A DNA stretch of 43,548 nt from Octopus sinensis (GCF_006345805.1 NW_021834653.1:1-43548); one strand, 5' to 3'. Shown: positions 1 through 12,293, counted from the stretch's first letter. A program made the numbers and translations. Notes: generated by a model from the sequence alone, not told the origin.

Positions 1-277
1 ATGCATATGCATATCTATGTTTTATATATATATATTTATATATATGTATTCCTGCTTTTACAGCCGTAACATATATAGATACATCTGTATTTATGGAAAT
101 ATCAGTGTGTCGAACATATATCTATATTCTATAACTCGAATAAAAACTCAACTTGAATATCGAAAACTATGGGAAAAGAATAAAAATGCCGTATGCTGTT
201 AATAATAGAAATGTCGAACAGTAAGAACATAACCTAAATGATATTTACCTTTCACTTTAGTTAGCGTTGTAGCTTAC

Positions 278-384
278 CTGAATTGATACGAATTTGTAGT
301 TACGCCCAAGAGTGATATTTCCATAACTGGAGTGTTACTCGGCATGTGATGGATAAATTTGGAAGTATCCGTTTGCCATCATGG
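278..384 (-). other. Candidate host-gene exon (107 nt), product unknown
   Basis: On the minus strand: acceptor TTTCCCCCTATTAG| and donor CAG|GTAAGC around non-repetitive sequence. One frame is open after an early TGA (..MPSNTPVMEISLLGVTTNSYQF). No family recognised. Confidence 0.25.
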
Positions 385-412
385 CTAATAGGGGGAAATA
401 TGGCATAGATCA

Positions 413-785
413 GGTGAAGGCGTGGCTGTGTGGCAAGAAGCTTGCTTCTCAATTACTTGGTTCCGGTTTCAGTCCCGCTGCGTGGCACCTTGAGCAGGTG
501 TCTTTTACTATAGCCTGGGGGCCCACCAAATCCTTGTGAGTGGGTTTACTAGAGGGAAACTGTGTGTGTGTCTTTGTGTATGTGTTTGTCCCCCACACCC
601 CTTGCAAACCGGTGTTAGTTTGTATATGTCGTTGTAACTTAGCGGTTCGGCTGAAATAAAAACCGTTAGGATAAGCACCAGGCTTTAAAAGACACGTCAT
701 GAGATCGATTCGTGCGACTAATAACCCTTCGACTCGGTGCTCCAGCAAGGCTGCGGTCCAGTGACTGAAACACGTAAAAGGTAAG
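413..785 (+). mobile_element. tRNA-derived SINE, family A (octopus OK-like), diverged copy
   Basis: Head GGCGTGGCTGTGTGG..GGTTTCAGTCCC, core GCACCTTGAGCAGGTGTCTT, internal (GT)n and 3' end GGTGCTCCAGCAAGGCTGCGG..GACTGAAAC. Homologous to the copies at 1777, 38229 and 39431. Confidence 0.9.
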
Positions 786-920
786 CGACAAAAGACTGAA
801 TTACGGGGGGAAGCTGTCAAGCTGTGAGGTCGGGAAAAATACAGACGCAAAGACGAGAAGTTTCCGTCTCCCAAATCCACTCACAAGGCTTTGGTCGGCC
901 GGAAGCTATAGTAGTAGGCC

Positions 921-1101
921 TGTTGTGGAGGACACCCCCGAGCGAGAGAAGTGGGCTGATCCACTACAAATAGTGGACAGCCACAACGAGTGGGGCAGTA
1001 GGTGACGTACGCCGTTCGCGTTCAGCCACGCCGACGGCGATGTACGCTGTTATAATATAGGACGTAACTGTGTCGAGTAAGACATAACAGTGGCGACGAG
1101 G
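921..1101 (+). mobile_element. Gypsy-type 5' LTR (921-1089) with tRNA-Ser(GCU) primer-binding site
   Basis: TGTTGTG...CATAACA termini (imperfect inverted ends), followed by G-TGGCGACGAGG (1091-1101), complementary to the CCUCGUCGCCA 3' end of eukaryotic tRNA-Ser(GCU). Confidence 0.75.
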
Positions 1102-1142
1102 TTTCAAGCACATGCAGGATATAACATGTAACAACGATAATA

Positions 1143-1525
1143 GGGGAGCACTCCGTCGGTTACGACGATGAGGGTTCCGGTTGATCCGAATCAATGGAAC
1201 AGCCTGCTCGTGAAATTAACGCGTAAGTGGCTGAGCACTCCACAGACACGTGTACCCTTAACATAGTTCTCGGGGATATTCAGCGTGACACAGAGAGTGA
1301 CAAGGCCGGCCCTTTGAAATACAGGTACAACAGAAACAGGAAGTAAGAGTGAGAGAAAGTTGTGGTGAAAGAGTACAGCAGGGATCACCACCATCCCTTG
1401 CCGGAGCCTCGTGGAGCTTTAGGTGTTTTCGCTCAATAAACACTCACAACGCCCGGTCTGTGAATCGAAACCGCGATCCTATGACCGCGAGTCCGCTGCC
1501 CTAACCACTGGGCCATTGTGCCTCC
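1143..1525 (-). mobile_element. tRNA-derived SINE, core B with tail 1, full length, 19-bp target site duplication
   Basis: Minus-strand head GGAGGCACAATGGCCCAGTGGTTAGGG..GGTTTCGATTC (A and B boxes). Perfect direct repeat ACATGTAACAACGATAATA at 1124-1142 and 1526-1544. Confidence 0.95.
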
Positions 1526-1741
1526 ACATGTAACAACGATAATACGCAGGATACAACAATAGTTGCAGAAAATAACAAGGAAAAATTCGGCGACAAGAAT
1601 TCGAAAACACGTAGGATACAACAGGGACTGAACCCAGAATCATATGATTGAGAAGCAAGCTTCTTACCACCTAGTTTATATAGAGATTCTTTTAACGACA
1701 CTGCCAAGATAGCATTCCCTTATAATATTTTAATTCGGAGA

Positions 1742-1943
1742 GGCGGCGAGCTGACAGAAACGTTATCACGCCGGGCTCGCTGTGTGGTAAGCATCTTGCT
1801 TACCAACCACATGGTTCCGGGTTCAGTCCCACTGCGTGGCACTTTGGGCAAGTGTCTTCTACTATAGCCTTGGGCCGACCAAAGCCTTGCGAATGAGATA
1901 ATTAGGCGGAAACTGAAAGAAGCCCGCCGTATATACATATGTA

Positions 1944-1978
<35 letters not shown>

Positions 1979-2235
1979 ATGTATGTATGTGTATGTATGT
2001 ATGTATGTATGTATGTATGTATGTATCTGTGTGCGATTGTCTGTCTGTGTTTGTCCCCCTCACCATCGCTTGACAACCAATGCTGGTGTGTTTACGTCTC
2101 CGAAACTTTGTGGTTCGGCAAAAGACAACCGATAGAATAAGTACTATGCTTACAAAGAATAAGTCCTGGCGTCGATTTGCTCGACTAGAGCATGGCCGCA
2201 GTCAAATGACTGAAACAAGTAAAAGAGTAAAAGAA
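1742..2235 (+). mobile_element. 35-nt family C SINE head joined to a near full-length family A SINE
   Basis: GGCGGCGAGCTGACAGAAACGTTATCACGCCGGGC (1742-1776, matching the family C head at 33633 on minus) runs directly into the family A body, which ends GTAAAAGAGTAAAAGA. Confidence 0.85.
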
Positions 2236-2479
2236 TATATATGTGTATGTGTGTGTGTGTAAAATTATTATAGAATTCTGTAGAAATAATACTTATGTGT
2301 TAATGTGTGTGTATATATGCATGTATCACATATATATCAAATCACAGGTCCTTCCCGAATCACAGACTTATAACGTTGGGGTTCTGGTTTCGTGGGTTTC
2401 TGGTTTCGTATATTCCTCTGTCCCCACTCAAGGATTACATTCATTTTTAGCTGCTGAATCGGGTGGAGCGACCTGAAAT

Positions 2480-2570
2480 GTAGCGTTTTGCTCAACAATA
2501 CAACGCATCGCCCAATCCGCGAATCGAAACTGCAATCTTGCGATTGCGAGTGCAACACACTAACGACAAA
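2480..2570 (-). mobile_element. Old SINE head/core fragment (core D type)
   Basis: GCTCAACAATACAACGCATCGCCC..GAATCGAAAC..ACACTAAC resembles the copies at 12020-12261 and 32330-32510. Confidence 0.6.
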
Positions 2571-2668
2571 ATACGACGCGCTTCACATCATATATACGTG
2601 TGTATGTGTGAGCGTGTCTTTGCACGCGCGCGTATGTGTGTGTTTGTGCTTGTGTACGAATGCATGTA

Positions 2669-3039
2669 TAGGGTGTTCAAAAAGTCTCTCCACAGTCAGT
2701 ATTTAATGGGTTTCCGGGAGATTCTTGTACACTGATCCTTTACATGCTCCCCAGAAAAAAAAATATCTGGCGGTGTTAAATCAGGTGATTTCTGTGGCCA
2801 AGGTCCCTTCAAAAATAATAATAATAATAATTGTGTACAGTGCTCAGGTGCACTACAACTCATCTAAAGTGTATATATAATCAGGTGTAGTTTCGGCGGA
2901 TTTCGGAAAGCATGAGGGCCTTAAAGGATGCAGTGTCATGGCAGACAACAACTGGTTTACTGAAAATCTCTTGAAATATCGCCATAATGATGCGCAGAAT
3001 AAAAAGAATTCACTGCGGAGAGACTTTTTGAACACCATG
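2669..3039 (-). mobile_element. Tc1/mariner-superfamily internally deleted element (MITE-like, 371 bp)
   Basis: 28-bp TIRs TAGGGTGTTCAAAAAGTCTCTCCACAGT / ACTGCGGAGAGACTTTTTGAACACCATG, flanked by TA. The minus strand retains the transposase motif WPQKSPDLTPPD-(frameshift)-FFWGACKGSVYK. Confidence 0.9.
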
Positions 3040-3199
3040 TATGTTTACACAAACGACTAGTGTTTATATATAAAAAATTTTATAGACGCTTACGTTTACA
3101 TCAGTTATGTAAATACGTGTATGTGCCTCGCTGCTTCTTATTTTCCTTTAATTATATCCGTGTGTGTGTGTGTATGTCAATGTATATACATGCATACAT

Positions 3200-3257
<58 letters not shown>

Positions 3258-3549
3258 AAGGGCACGTATATGTTGGTTAGTTTATATGGGAAATTTCATT
3301 ATTTATCTGTGTCAGTATTTATGTATCTACGTACGCAACAGCGAACACGCTTGTTTGCGCATGCATCTGTGTATGTATATATTACATATTCCTTGTTATA
3401 CATTCTATATATATATATTTGTATATTCAAACTATCATTTTTTACACACGCTTACATATGCATATACAAGTAGGAATCAATGCCGAGTCTGTATTCCTAC
3501 ACAACTGTAATTAATTTCACACGAAGAGAGACATGTGAAATACAATGTT

Positions 3550-3551
3550 GG

Positions 3552-3593
<42 letters not shown>

Positions 3594-3855
3594 CATTATT
3601 ATTATTATTGTTGTTGTTGTTATTATTGTTATTGTTATATATTATTATTATTATATTATCATTATTATTGTTATTGTTATTATTATTATTGTTATTATCA
3701 TTATCATTATTATTATTATTCTTATTATTATATTATTATTATTGTTGTTGTTGTTGTTTTATGTTTGTTTTTATTGTATTATTGTTATTATTATTATTGT
3801 TGTTGTTGTTATATTGTTATTATTGTTATTATCATTATTATTATTATCATTATTA

Positions 3856-3892
<37 letters not shown>

Positions 3893-3905
3893 AGTTATTA
3901 TCATT
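3550..3905. repeat. (ATT/GTT/ATC)n microsatellite
   Basis: Directly visible; accounts for the poly-I/L/Y ORFs. Confidence 0.97.
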
Positions 3906-4034
3906 ATTTGATATCAGTTTTTGGCATCAATCGTGTTTTTATACCTGGAAATAGCGTCCTTAATTCTAGAGCGAGAAGCAATGGAATGGTAACAGACCAT
4001 TAACAACAAATATGGGGATATATAGATATAATAA

Positions 4035-4075
<41 letters not shown>

Positions 4076-4189
4076 ACCGTAATTGCATATACAGATACGC
4101 GGCAAACATGAAGCATACACTCACGGATATATACGCTCATACCTGATAATAAACACACACAGAGAAACATATATATAATATATTATATA

Positions 4190-4235
<46 letters not shown>

Positions 4236-4405
4236 GTGTATGCTTTTATGAACGAGTACGTCATTACATGTATATAATGTGAGAGAGAAGGTAAAAAATA
4301 ACAAGGTGCAGATATAGAAGTTAATGTGTATGTGTGTGCTTGTGTGTACGTATGTGTGTGTCTGTGTTCTTATTGTGGGTGTATGTGTGTGTGGCTATAA
4401 ACATA

Positions 4406-4441
<36 letters not shown>

Positions 4442-4749
4442 TATATGAATATATATATACACATAAATATGTGCATATAAAAAGCATACATATTTGTGTG
4501 TGTCTACATTTTATTGGAATTTGAAATCGTTACGTAATGCTTCACGTTTCCGGTCTTCAAACGAACATGAAAAAAAATATAAGGCATAAGGAAGATACTT
4601 AAAGCATAAATCACGACTAATGTCGAACGCTGATTGGATGAATCGTATCTGCTGCCGCTCGGGAAAACAAAGATTAAACTGTGCATAAGCAGGTGAGAGA
4701 GCAGGGAGAGGGGGAGGGGGAGGGGAAAGATAGAGACCAGCCTAGAGGA

Positions 4750-5036
4750 GGAGGAAGAGGAAGAGGAGGAGAAGAAGAAGAAGAAGATGATGATGATGAT
4801 GATGATGATGATGATAATGATGATGATGATGATGATGATGTAGAAGAAGAAGAAGAAGAAGAAGAAGAAGAAGAAGAAGATGATGAAGAAGAAGAAGAAG
4901 ATGATGAAGATGATGATGATGATGATAATGATGATGATGATGATGATGATGTAGAAGAAGAAGAAGAAGAAGAAGAGAAGAAGAGAAGAAGATGATGAAG
5001 AAGAAGAAGATGATGAAGATGATGATGATGATGATA

Positions 5037-5072
<36 letters not shown>

Positions 5073-5290
5073 TAGAAGAAGAAGAAGAACAAGAAGAAGA
5101 ACAAGAAGAAGAAGAACAAGAAGAAGAAGGAGAACAACAACAACAACAACAACAACAAAGGGGAGGTGAAGGAGGAGAAGGTAGAGAAGGAGAAGGTAGA
5201 GGAGTAGCAGAAGCAGAGAGAGAAGGACGAGCAGGAAGACGATGAGGAGGAGGGGAGATTGAGGAGGAGGTGGAGGTTGAGAAGGAGGTG
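4750..5290. repeat. Compound (GAA)n/(GAT)n/(GAG)n purine-rich microsatellite with higher-order units
   Basis: The block (GAA)n(GAT)nAAT(GAT)nGTA recurs about three times. Confidence 0.95.
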
Positions 5291-5509
5291 GAGGACGAGG
5301 ACGCAAGCTCTCTCGCACAACGTCGAGAATTCATCGGCAGATATTGAGAAAAATATCTGATAATATTAATATGAAAAACTTTAAAGCATAACCAGATTAG
5401 AAAAAAACCCTTAGCGAAATGAAGTGAGAAGAAGGTGAATGCAGAGGAAGTGGAGCGAAAGAAGGCTGTCGGTAAAAAATGTGTTTGAAATTTCATTTAA
5501 CTTTTATGA

Positions 5510-5568
5510 TATACACAGACACCTACATACATACATACATACATACACATCATACATACATACATACA

Positions 5569-5634
<66 letters not shown>

Positions 5635-5656
5635 CATACATACATACATATATACA

Positions 5657-5690
<34 letters not shown>

Positions 5691-5827
5691 CATACATACA
5701 TATATACATACATACATACATGCATACATACATATATACATACATACATACATACATACATACTACATACATATATACATACATACATATATACATACAT
5801 ACATACATGCATACATACATATATACA

Positions 5828-5861
<34 letters not shown>

Positions 5862-6175
5862 CATACATATATACATACACACACACACATACATACATAC
5901 ATACACACATGCATACATACATACATACACACACATACATACATACATACACACATGCATACATACATACATACACACATGCATACATACATACATACAC
6001 ACACACATGCATACATACATACACACACACACACACATACATACATACATATATACATACATACAGACAGACAGACGCTCAGACTCGCAGGCTCCCACAA
6101 ATACAGACACACATGCACACACACACACACACACACACAAATGCGCACACACACACACACATACGAACGCGCAAG
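5510..6175. repeat. (TACA)n/(CA)n microsatellite
   Basis: Directly visible. Confidence 0.97.
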
Positions 6176-6929
6176 CACATAAACATGCAAGCCACTCGCG
6201 TATATACATACACGTATGAAAAAAAGCCCATGTCACAAACTGGGGAAAAGCTCGACGAAACCGTTCGAGGGTTGCGTAAAAAAAAATATTTTGCTTTAGA
6301 AATTATATTTATCGAATCGAAATAGTTATTTCATTTTATTTTAGTTTATTTTTTTATTAAAATTATGAAAGACGAACAAGCAAAAATGATTATTATTACA
6401 TCGTCGATGTAAGAATACAAACAAAAAAAAACCCAAAAGATCTTAAAAGAGCTGCAAAGAAAAAGACTCGTATTCTTTTTTTTTTTTTTTTTTTTCATTT
6501 CAGAAGAAAGAGTGAAAAGGATTTTATAAATATGAAGAAAAACTTCGGCCGATTTTTTTAAAAGAAAACAATAAAGAATAAACTGTAGTATTCCAAGAGA
6601 AAATGAAAAACAAAAAGAAAATGAGATTTTTTTCTTTTTTGTCCAGAAGAAAGAACTTTGCGTCGAGATCGTGCATCATGAAACAGAAACTGCCAGACAG
6701 GAGGAGACACTTTAAGAGATCAAAGAATTTCGATATGTTAGTCGTGTTAACATCCAATATGTGTCAGTAGGTTAGTTCAGATAAAACCGTACCCATAATC
6801 CTAGGAGATTCTTGTTGGTCTGCGTTCACAAGACTTCCATTATTTTTGGAAACAGCGCATAAGTGGTCGAGGTCATAACATTCTTTCTGTTAAAGAAAGT
6901 GGAAGATCCAAATTTCAGACAGAGTCCTT

Positions 6930-7356
6930 GGATCTTTTCGCTTTGACCGGCAGTTTTTTAAAATAATTTCCATGTAACTAAACACTTTTAAACTTCGTAT
7001 ACTGGTAGAATGTGTTTATAAAACATCTTTTTCTTTTGGCTTTCTTGAGAAAATTCTGTAGTTTGTAAGATATTTGTAAGATATTTTCTTTAATTTATTC
7101 AATTTCAACCAATCAATGAGATGTAAACATTCTCTCCGTAAACATTTTCTGGCGGTGATATAGGAAATTGTCCCTCGTTTAAGAAACAGATTGGGTTTAT
7201 TTGCAAGAAGAAAAAAGCTAACCCTAGCTAACCCTAACTCTAACCCTAACCCTAAAATAGATTGAAATGCAATAGATCGATACTAGGGTGATAATTATGG
7301 GTGACAATTTCATATGACACCGCTAGAAAAAACTGCCGGTCAAAGCGAAAAGATCC
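6930..7356. mobile_element. Non-autonomous DNA transposon (MITE), Merlin-like, with internal telomeric-type repeats
   Basis: Perfect 30-bp TIRs GGATCTTTTCGCTTTGACCGGCAGTTTTTT (6930-6959 and 7327-7356). 8-bp TSD GAGTCCTT/GTGTCCTT (1 mismatch). GG termini plus an 8-bp TSD fit Merlin. (TAACCC)n-like run at 7218-7255. Confidence 0.85.
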
Positions 7357-7685
7357 GTGTCCTTCATCAAGATATAGTGGGCAGTAGAGAAATAAACGAA
7401 AATGACTGGAGAGGATTTCGTTCATTCGATCGCAAAAGAATTTAGAATAAAGAATCTCGATTCATGGCTGCAAGTATTCATTAATTCAGACTTCTGGATC
7501 AAAATAAATTCGGAAGAAAGGAAAAAGACACATTGGCTATCTCTTCGAAGCATCGCCTGTAAGGACTTGATTCTTCTAATATCAGAGCTGAGATAAATTC
7601 CTTCAAAAGTCGAGTATATTTTAATAGTCTCGTGGAAAATCTTTGTATTTGGATGCTGAAAAACAATTTCCATACTTATAGAATC

Positions 7686-7890
7686 TGTTGTATAGTGAAA
7701 CTGTATACCCCTCACGGTAAAAAGTGGCAGGAGTAAGCCATTATAAATAGACCAGTAGTCGGTCGTCAGAGAGGGTCGAGAGTCAACGAGTTGACATTCG
7801 ACAGTTCAAGCTGGTGTCTTGTGGAGCTATCAGCGATAGTAAGACAAGAGAAGCCAGTGTATAACTACTCCGGTACGAAGAGATACAACG
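7686..7890 (+). mobile_element. Probable solo LTR (205 bp)
   Basis: TGTTGTAT...ATACAACG inverted ends (7/8 match) and internal TATAAATA. Size is similar to the other LTRs in the window. TSD not convincing. Confidence 0.5.
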
Positions 7891-7930
7891 ATATCCGATG
7901 ACTAGTAACTATTGTGGCTACTAGAGTGTG

Positions 7931-8306
7931 GAAGCACTCCGTCGGTTACGACGACGAGGGTTCCGGTTGATCCGAATCAACGGAACAGCCTGCTCGTGAA
8001 ATTAACGTGTAAGTGGCTGAGCACTCCACAGACACGTGTACCCTTAACGCAGTTCTCGGGGATATTCAGCGTGACACAGAGGGTGACAAGGCCGGCCCTT
8101 TGAAATACAGGTACAACAGAAACAGGAAGTAAGAGAAAGTTGTGGTGAAAGAGTACAGCAGGGATCACCACCATCCCCTGCCGGAGCCACGTGGAGCTTT
8201 TAGGTGTTTTCGCTCAATAAACACTCACAACGCCCGGTCTGTGAATCGAAACCGCGATCCTATGACCGCGAGTCCGCTGCCCTAACCACTGGGCCATTGC
8301 GCCTCC
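7931..8306 (-). mobile_element. tRNA-derived SINE, core B with tail 1, full length
   Basis: Nearly identical to 1143-1525. Confidence 0.95.
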
Positions 8307-8669
8307 ACAGGCAACTACAGCACAACGGCAGTCACACAACATACCAGTGGAAGGAACCAACTTTACAACAAAATTTTGTTTTGAATTTATTACCCTTCAA
8401 ACCAAAATACTTTTCTCTTACCTTCTGTACTTTCTGACTGTATTCTATCTTTAGGCGGAGCAATGAACAGCACCGAGGAAGAAAATTATTTGGATTCATA
8501 TAATTACATCATCGTCGTCACCATCAGCATCGTCATCGTCGTCGTCGTCCTCATCGTCTCGTCGTTGTCTTCATCACCAACACCTCTGTTTCGTGATGTT
8601 GGACTCATATCAAGCCTTGTTACCCCGTTTCCATGGCGCATAAGTGGCCGAGATCACAACATACATTCT

Positions 8670-8818
8670 GCCTGAACGGGACACCCGTCCGACGAAGGGT
8701 TACGTTTACAGCCGAGTGAACTGGACCGACATGAAACGTAGTGTTTTTCCGGTCCGAGAATCGAAACCACGATCATGCGGTCGAGAGTACAATGCCCTAA
8801 CCATAAGGTCATGCGCCT
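8670..8818 (-). mobile_element. SINE, core D with tail 4, diverged
   Basis: GAGTGAACTGGACC..GAATCGAAACCACGATC..CCCTAACCA..GCGCC; similar to 32330-32510. Confidence 0.7.
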
Positions 8819-9084
8819 AAACTGTTAAATATTATTAACACCAATGAGCATTTTAGCATTAGATTAGTTAAAAATAATCAAAATGTTACAAGTACAGCTA
8901 ACTTCAAAAGGGTTTTTGTTGAAGCCCCTACGATATCTATGTCCTTTGAGGATTTTCCAACATACTAATTTCAAGAATTTCCAAGGCAGTCCCTATACAA
9001 ATGTTAAAAGGTGGACTTAACCATATAATTATCCTATTTCTATTTCTATTTTGAGGCTCAATACATCTAGCTACATAATGGATC

Positions 9085-9215
9085 TTCGCAACCACATGAT
9101 TCTGGGCTCAGTCCCAATGTTTGGCATCTTGGGCAAGTGTCTTCTACTATAGCCTCAATTCGGCCGAAACCTTGTGACTGGATTCGGTAGATGAAAATGA
9201 TAGAAGCCTAACGTG
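9085..9215 (+). mobile_element. Family A SINE fragment
   Basis: AACCACATG..CTTGGGCAAGTGTCTTCTACTATAGCCTC core. Confidence 0.8.
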
Positions 9216-9225
9216 TATAATGTAT

Positions 9226-9708
9226 CACTGCCATGCAGCATAGCTGTTCGCACACAGGCATCGTACAATCTACCTTTCACTTCGAGAGAGAGGCCTTTCG
9301 GTACCAGCAGGGGTAGGAGCTCTCTGAATTTTGCCTAGCTTAATCTTATTCTCAGAGCTACACTCTGGGGTGTCCCCCTCCACAACTAACTTGATCACCT
9401 AGATAACGGAAGTTATCTACCTCTAGTTTACTCCCCTGGCAGTTGATGGAGTCTATTTTCTGCACATTTTCAGTGTTTATTGTACCTGTGTATCTTCCAC
9501 AAGCAAAAGCTAGTTTCCCTGTTACATTTCCTCTGATATTGATTTTATGTGTCCAAAGCTTACACCGGCTGTATCTTATGGAGTTTCTACCTATACCTTT
9601 TCTACAGATCAAGCAGGTCCATCTACCTGAAGGGGTTTGTGATTTGTTTGCCTTCCTACTTACTAAGATTTTGGTTTTTGCTAGGTTAACTTTAAGGCCC
9701 TTTGATTC
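9226..9708 (-). mobile_element. RTE-clade LINE ORF fragment (C-terminal RT region with Cys-rich insert), degenerate
   Basis: Minus-strand translation ESKGLKVNLAKTKIL..ICRKGIGRNSI..CKLWTHK..DNFRYLGDQVS, then after a frameshift AKFRELLPLLVPKGLSLEVKGRLYDACVRTAMLHGS. These are typical RTE motifs. Confidence 0.9.
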
Positions 9709-10289
9709 TTATTTAAAGGTTGATTGTGTGGGACGAATCATATGTGATTGTTTAAAAAAGGTTAGAACCTCAATATTAAAACGTATTTGAAACAATGGAC
9801 AACAGTCGAAACATCATTATAGAGGGGTAAAAATAAGCATCCTTAAAGTGAAACAACGCATTGGTAGGTAAACAAATATATCAACAAATAGAAGAGAGGA
9901 AATGGGACATCACCTTTCAGGTAACTCAGAATAGGTAAAGGTAAGCTTGCCAAAGTTTAATGCAGTATAAATATGGCGATTAAGATTGTTTAGTATTGGA
10001 TAGTCATCACGTACAGTATTCTTAGTAAATTTAATGCCAATATACGACGATAAAGATTTAAAAAGTATGGAAGACCCTACATACACAAAAACTATGTACA
10101 TACAACGAATTTGGAAAATATTTTAGATTAGTATAAACATTTATTTACATGAAAGAAAATTACCGGAGACATAACACGTGTTGTGCTAAAAATAACAGCT
10201 AAATAAGATTTTTTGGATAAACTTTTTAAATTAACACAAACATTTATTTACTTGAGAACAAAATGACAGCTTCCAAATCCTGTTTCTTG

Positions 10290-10538
10290 ACTGGGTCACC
10301 GCGTAGGTGAACTGTCGAAGTAAATAAATAGACAAAATCCTTACACTTTTATATAAAGATTACTCTACATACATCTACGTCCATTCACGCGAAAGGTCTG
10401 GGCTAAATGTTATTGTGCATGACCATCTTTGGGACATGACTAATGTGTGTGTAAAGTTTGGAGAAAATCGGTTGAGAATTGTAGGAATGTATGCGTTAGT
10501 CATTATACACACACATAATGCGATTTATATATACTAGA
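10290..10538 (-). mobile_element. Non-autonomous Helitron-like element (5' end clear, 3' end uncertain)
   Basis: Minus strand begins A|TCTAGTATATATAAA, like the element at 18066-18579. Hairpin TCACC-GCGTA-GGTGA near 10296-10310. Confidence 0.45.
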
Positions 10539-10967
10539 TATGTGTGCGTATGCGCGCGCACGCGTATGTGTGTGTGTGTGTGTAACTATAAGTGCATGTG
10601 TGTATGTAAGTATAAGTGCGTGTGTGCATGTGTGTGTATGTGTGAGTGTGTGTGGGCGTACTGAGACACTGGATATTCGCTCGTGCTTTTTCTAGTCTTG
10701 GTTACTTGAGCTTAAAATGTATCCTAACATTCGGAGATATCTTGTCCACGTGCACTTATATACACGTGGCAATATCTATGTTTGTGTCTGTGTATATACG
10801 CAGTTATATGTATGTGTGCGTGTATGGGTGGGTGTATATATAAATATATAGAGAGCATATATATATATGTATATATACATATATATTTTGTGTGTGTCTG
10901 TATGTGTTTGTATTTATGTCTACTTGATAGCTATATATAATTTATATATAGATATACAGATAGATAT

Positions 10968-11004
<37 letters not shown>

Positions 11005-11344
11005 TGGACGGACGGACGGACAAACAGATAGATTATCGACATTGCCCCAACACGATGAAGAATGTCCACAGAGTAGTAATTATGTTAGTAACATAGATGA
11101 ATATATTAAACAAGTAACCGTGGTAACTGCAACACACTAGCAACCGCCGACGTCACAGATTGTTATCGTACAGTTTCTTAGCCGTCATTAAATAGCAATA
11201 ACATGAGGGTGTAGTACAAACAAACCACAACTTACGGTCATCCTATTCATTCATTCATTCAAACACATCCTGGCGGCGATTCATAGTCTCTCCATGAACA
11301 CAATAGCTCTACTAATGACATCAGTGCAAACTTAAACCCTTTCC

Positions 11345-11359
11345 GTCTTCCGCTCTCTC

Positions 11360-11429
<70 letters not shown>

Positions 11430-11466
11430 TTCTCTTTCTTCTCTCTCTCTCTCTCTCTCTCTGTAG

Positions 11467-11503
<37 letters not shown>

Positions 11504-11520
11504 CTCTTTAGCTCTCTATT
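11345..11520. repeat. (CT)n microsatellite
   Basis: Directly visible. Confidence 0.97.
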
Positions 11521-11679
11521 TCTCTCCGTTTCTCTATCAATACATGCATATCTATGAATGTATTAATGTATGTATGTAGACACACAGAGAGACAGATAGA
11601 CAGATAGATATACAGACAGTCATATAGACAGACAGGCAGACAGACATATATATATATAGATAGATAGATACATACATAC

Positions 11680-11716
<37 letters not shown>

Positions 11717-11735
11717 CAGACAAATAGCTAGAGTA

Positions 11736-11773
<38 letters not shown>

Positions 11774-11811
11774 TATATATATATATATATACATGTATGT
11801 TAGATAGAGTA

Positions 11812-11866
<55 letters not shown>

Positions 11867-11979
11867 ATATATGTTTATATATATATATTAATATATAGTA
11901 AATTCAATATATATATGAGAATGGTCATTGGGCAGAGAGGTCATAACCACACGCACTATATACTCGTTCTTCACTTCAG

Positions 11980-12019
<40 letters not shown>

Positions 12020-12020
<1 letters not shown>

Positions 12021-12261
12021 GTGCCCTCCACAGACACACGCATACCCTTAAAGTAGTTCTCAAGGAGATTCAGCGTGACACACTGTATGTGACAAAGGTG
12101 AGTTTTTGAATTACAGGCACAACTCATTTTTGCTCGCAGAGTGGACCGGAGTCGCATGAAATAAAGTGTCTAGCTCAAGAGACACAACGCACTGCCGGGA
12201 ATCGAACTCACATCCTTACGATCGTGAACCGAATACCCTAACCACTTAGCCACGCGCCTCC
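12020..12261 (-). mobile_element. SINE, core D with tail 1
   Basis: Head and core are D-type (GTGTCTAGCTCAAGAGACACAACGC). The 3' part (CCACAGACAC..ACCCTTAA..GATTCAGCGTGACACA) matches tail 1 of the copies at 1143 and 7931. Confidence 0.8.
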
Positions 12262-12293
12262 AAAACGACAACAAAAACAACACCAACAATAAG

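Larger units (their letters stand above)
861..1670 (-). mobile_element. Family A SINE split into two parts (861-914 and 1624-1670) by a Gypsy LTR fragment
   Basis: 861-914 and 1624-1670 are consecutive parts of the reverse complement of family A, with about 28 nt missing between them. Confidence 0.75.

Noticed and set aside
4681-4995. Asp/Glu-rich 104-aa ORF resembling an acidic chaperone
   Set aside because: It lies entirely within the (GAA)/(GAT) microsatellite, with no non-repetitive coding sequence or splice support.
9902-9920. ATG GGA CAT CAC CTT TCA G|GTAACT, a possible myristoylated first exon (MGHHLS)
   Set aside because: It is only 19 nt, which is expected by chance in 43 kb, and has no supporting downstream exon.
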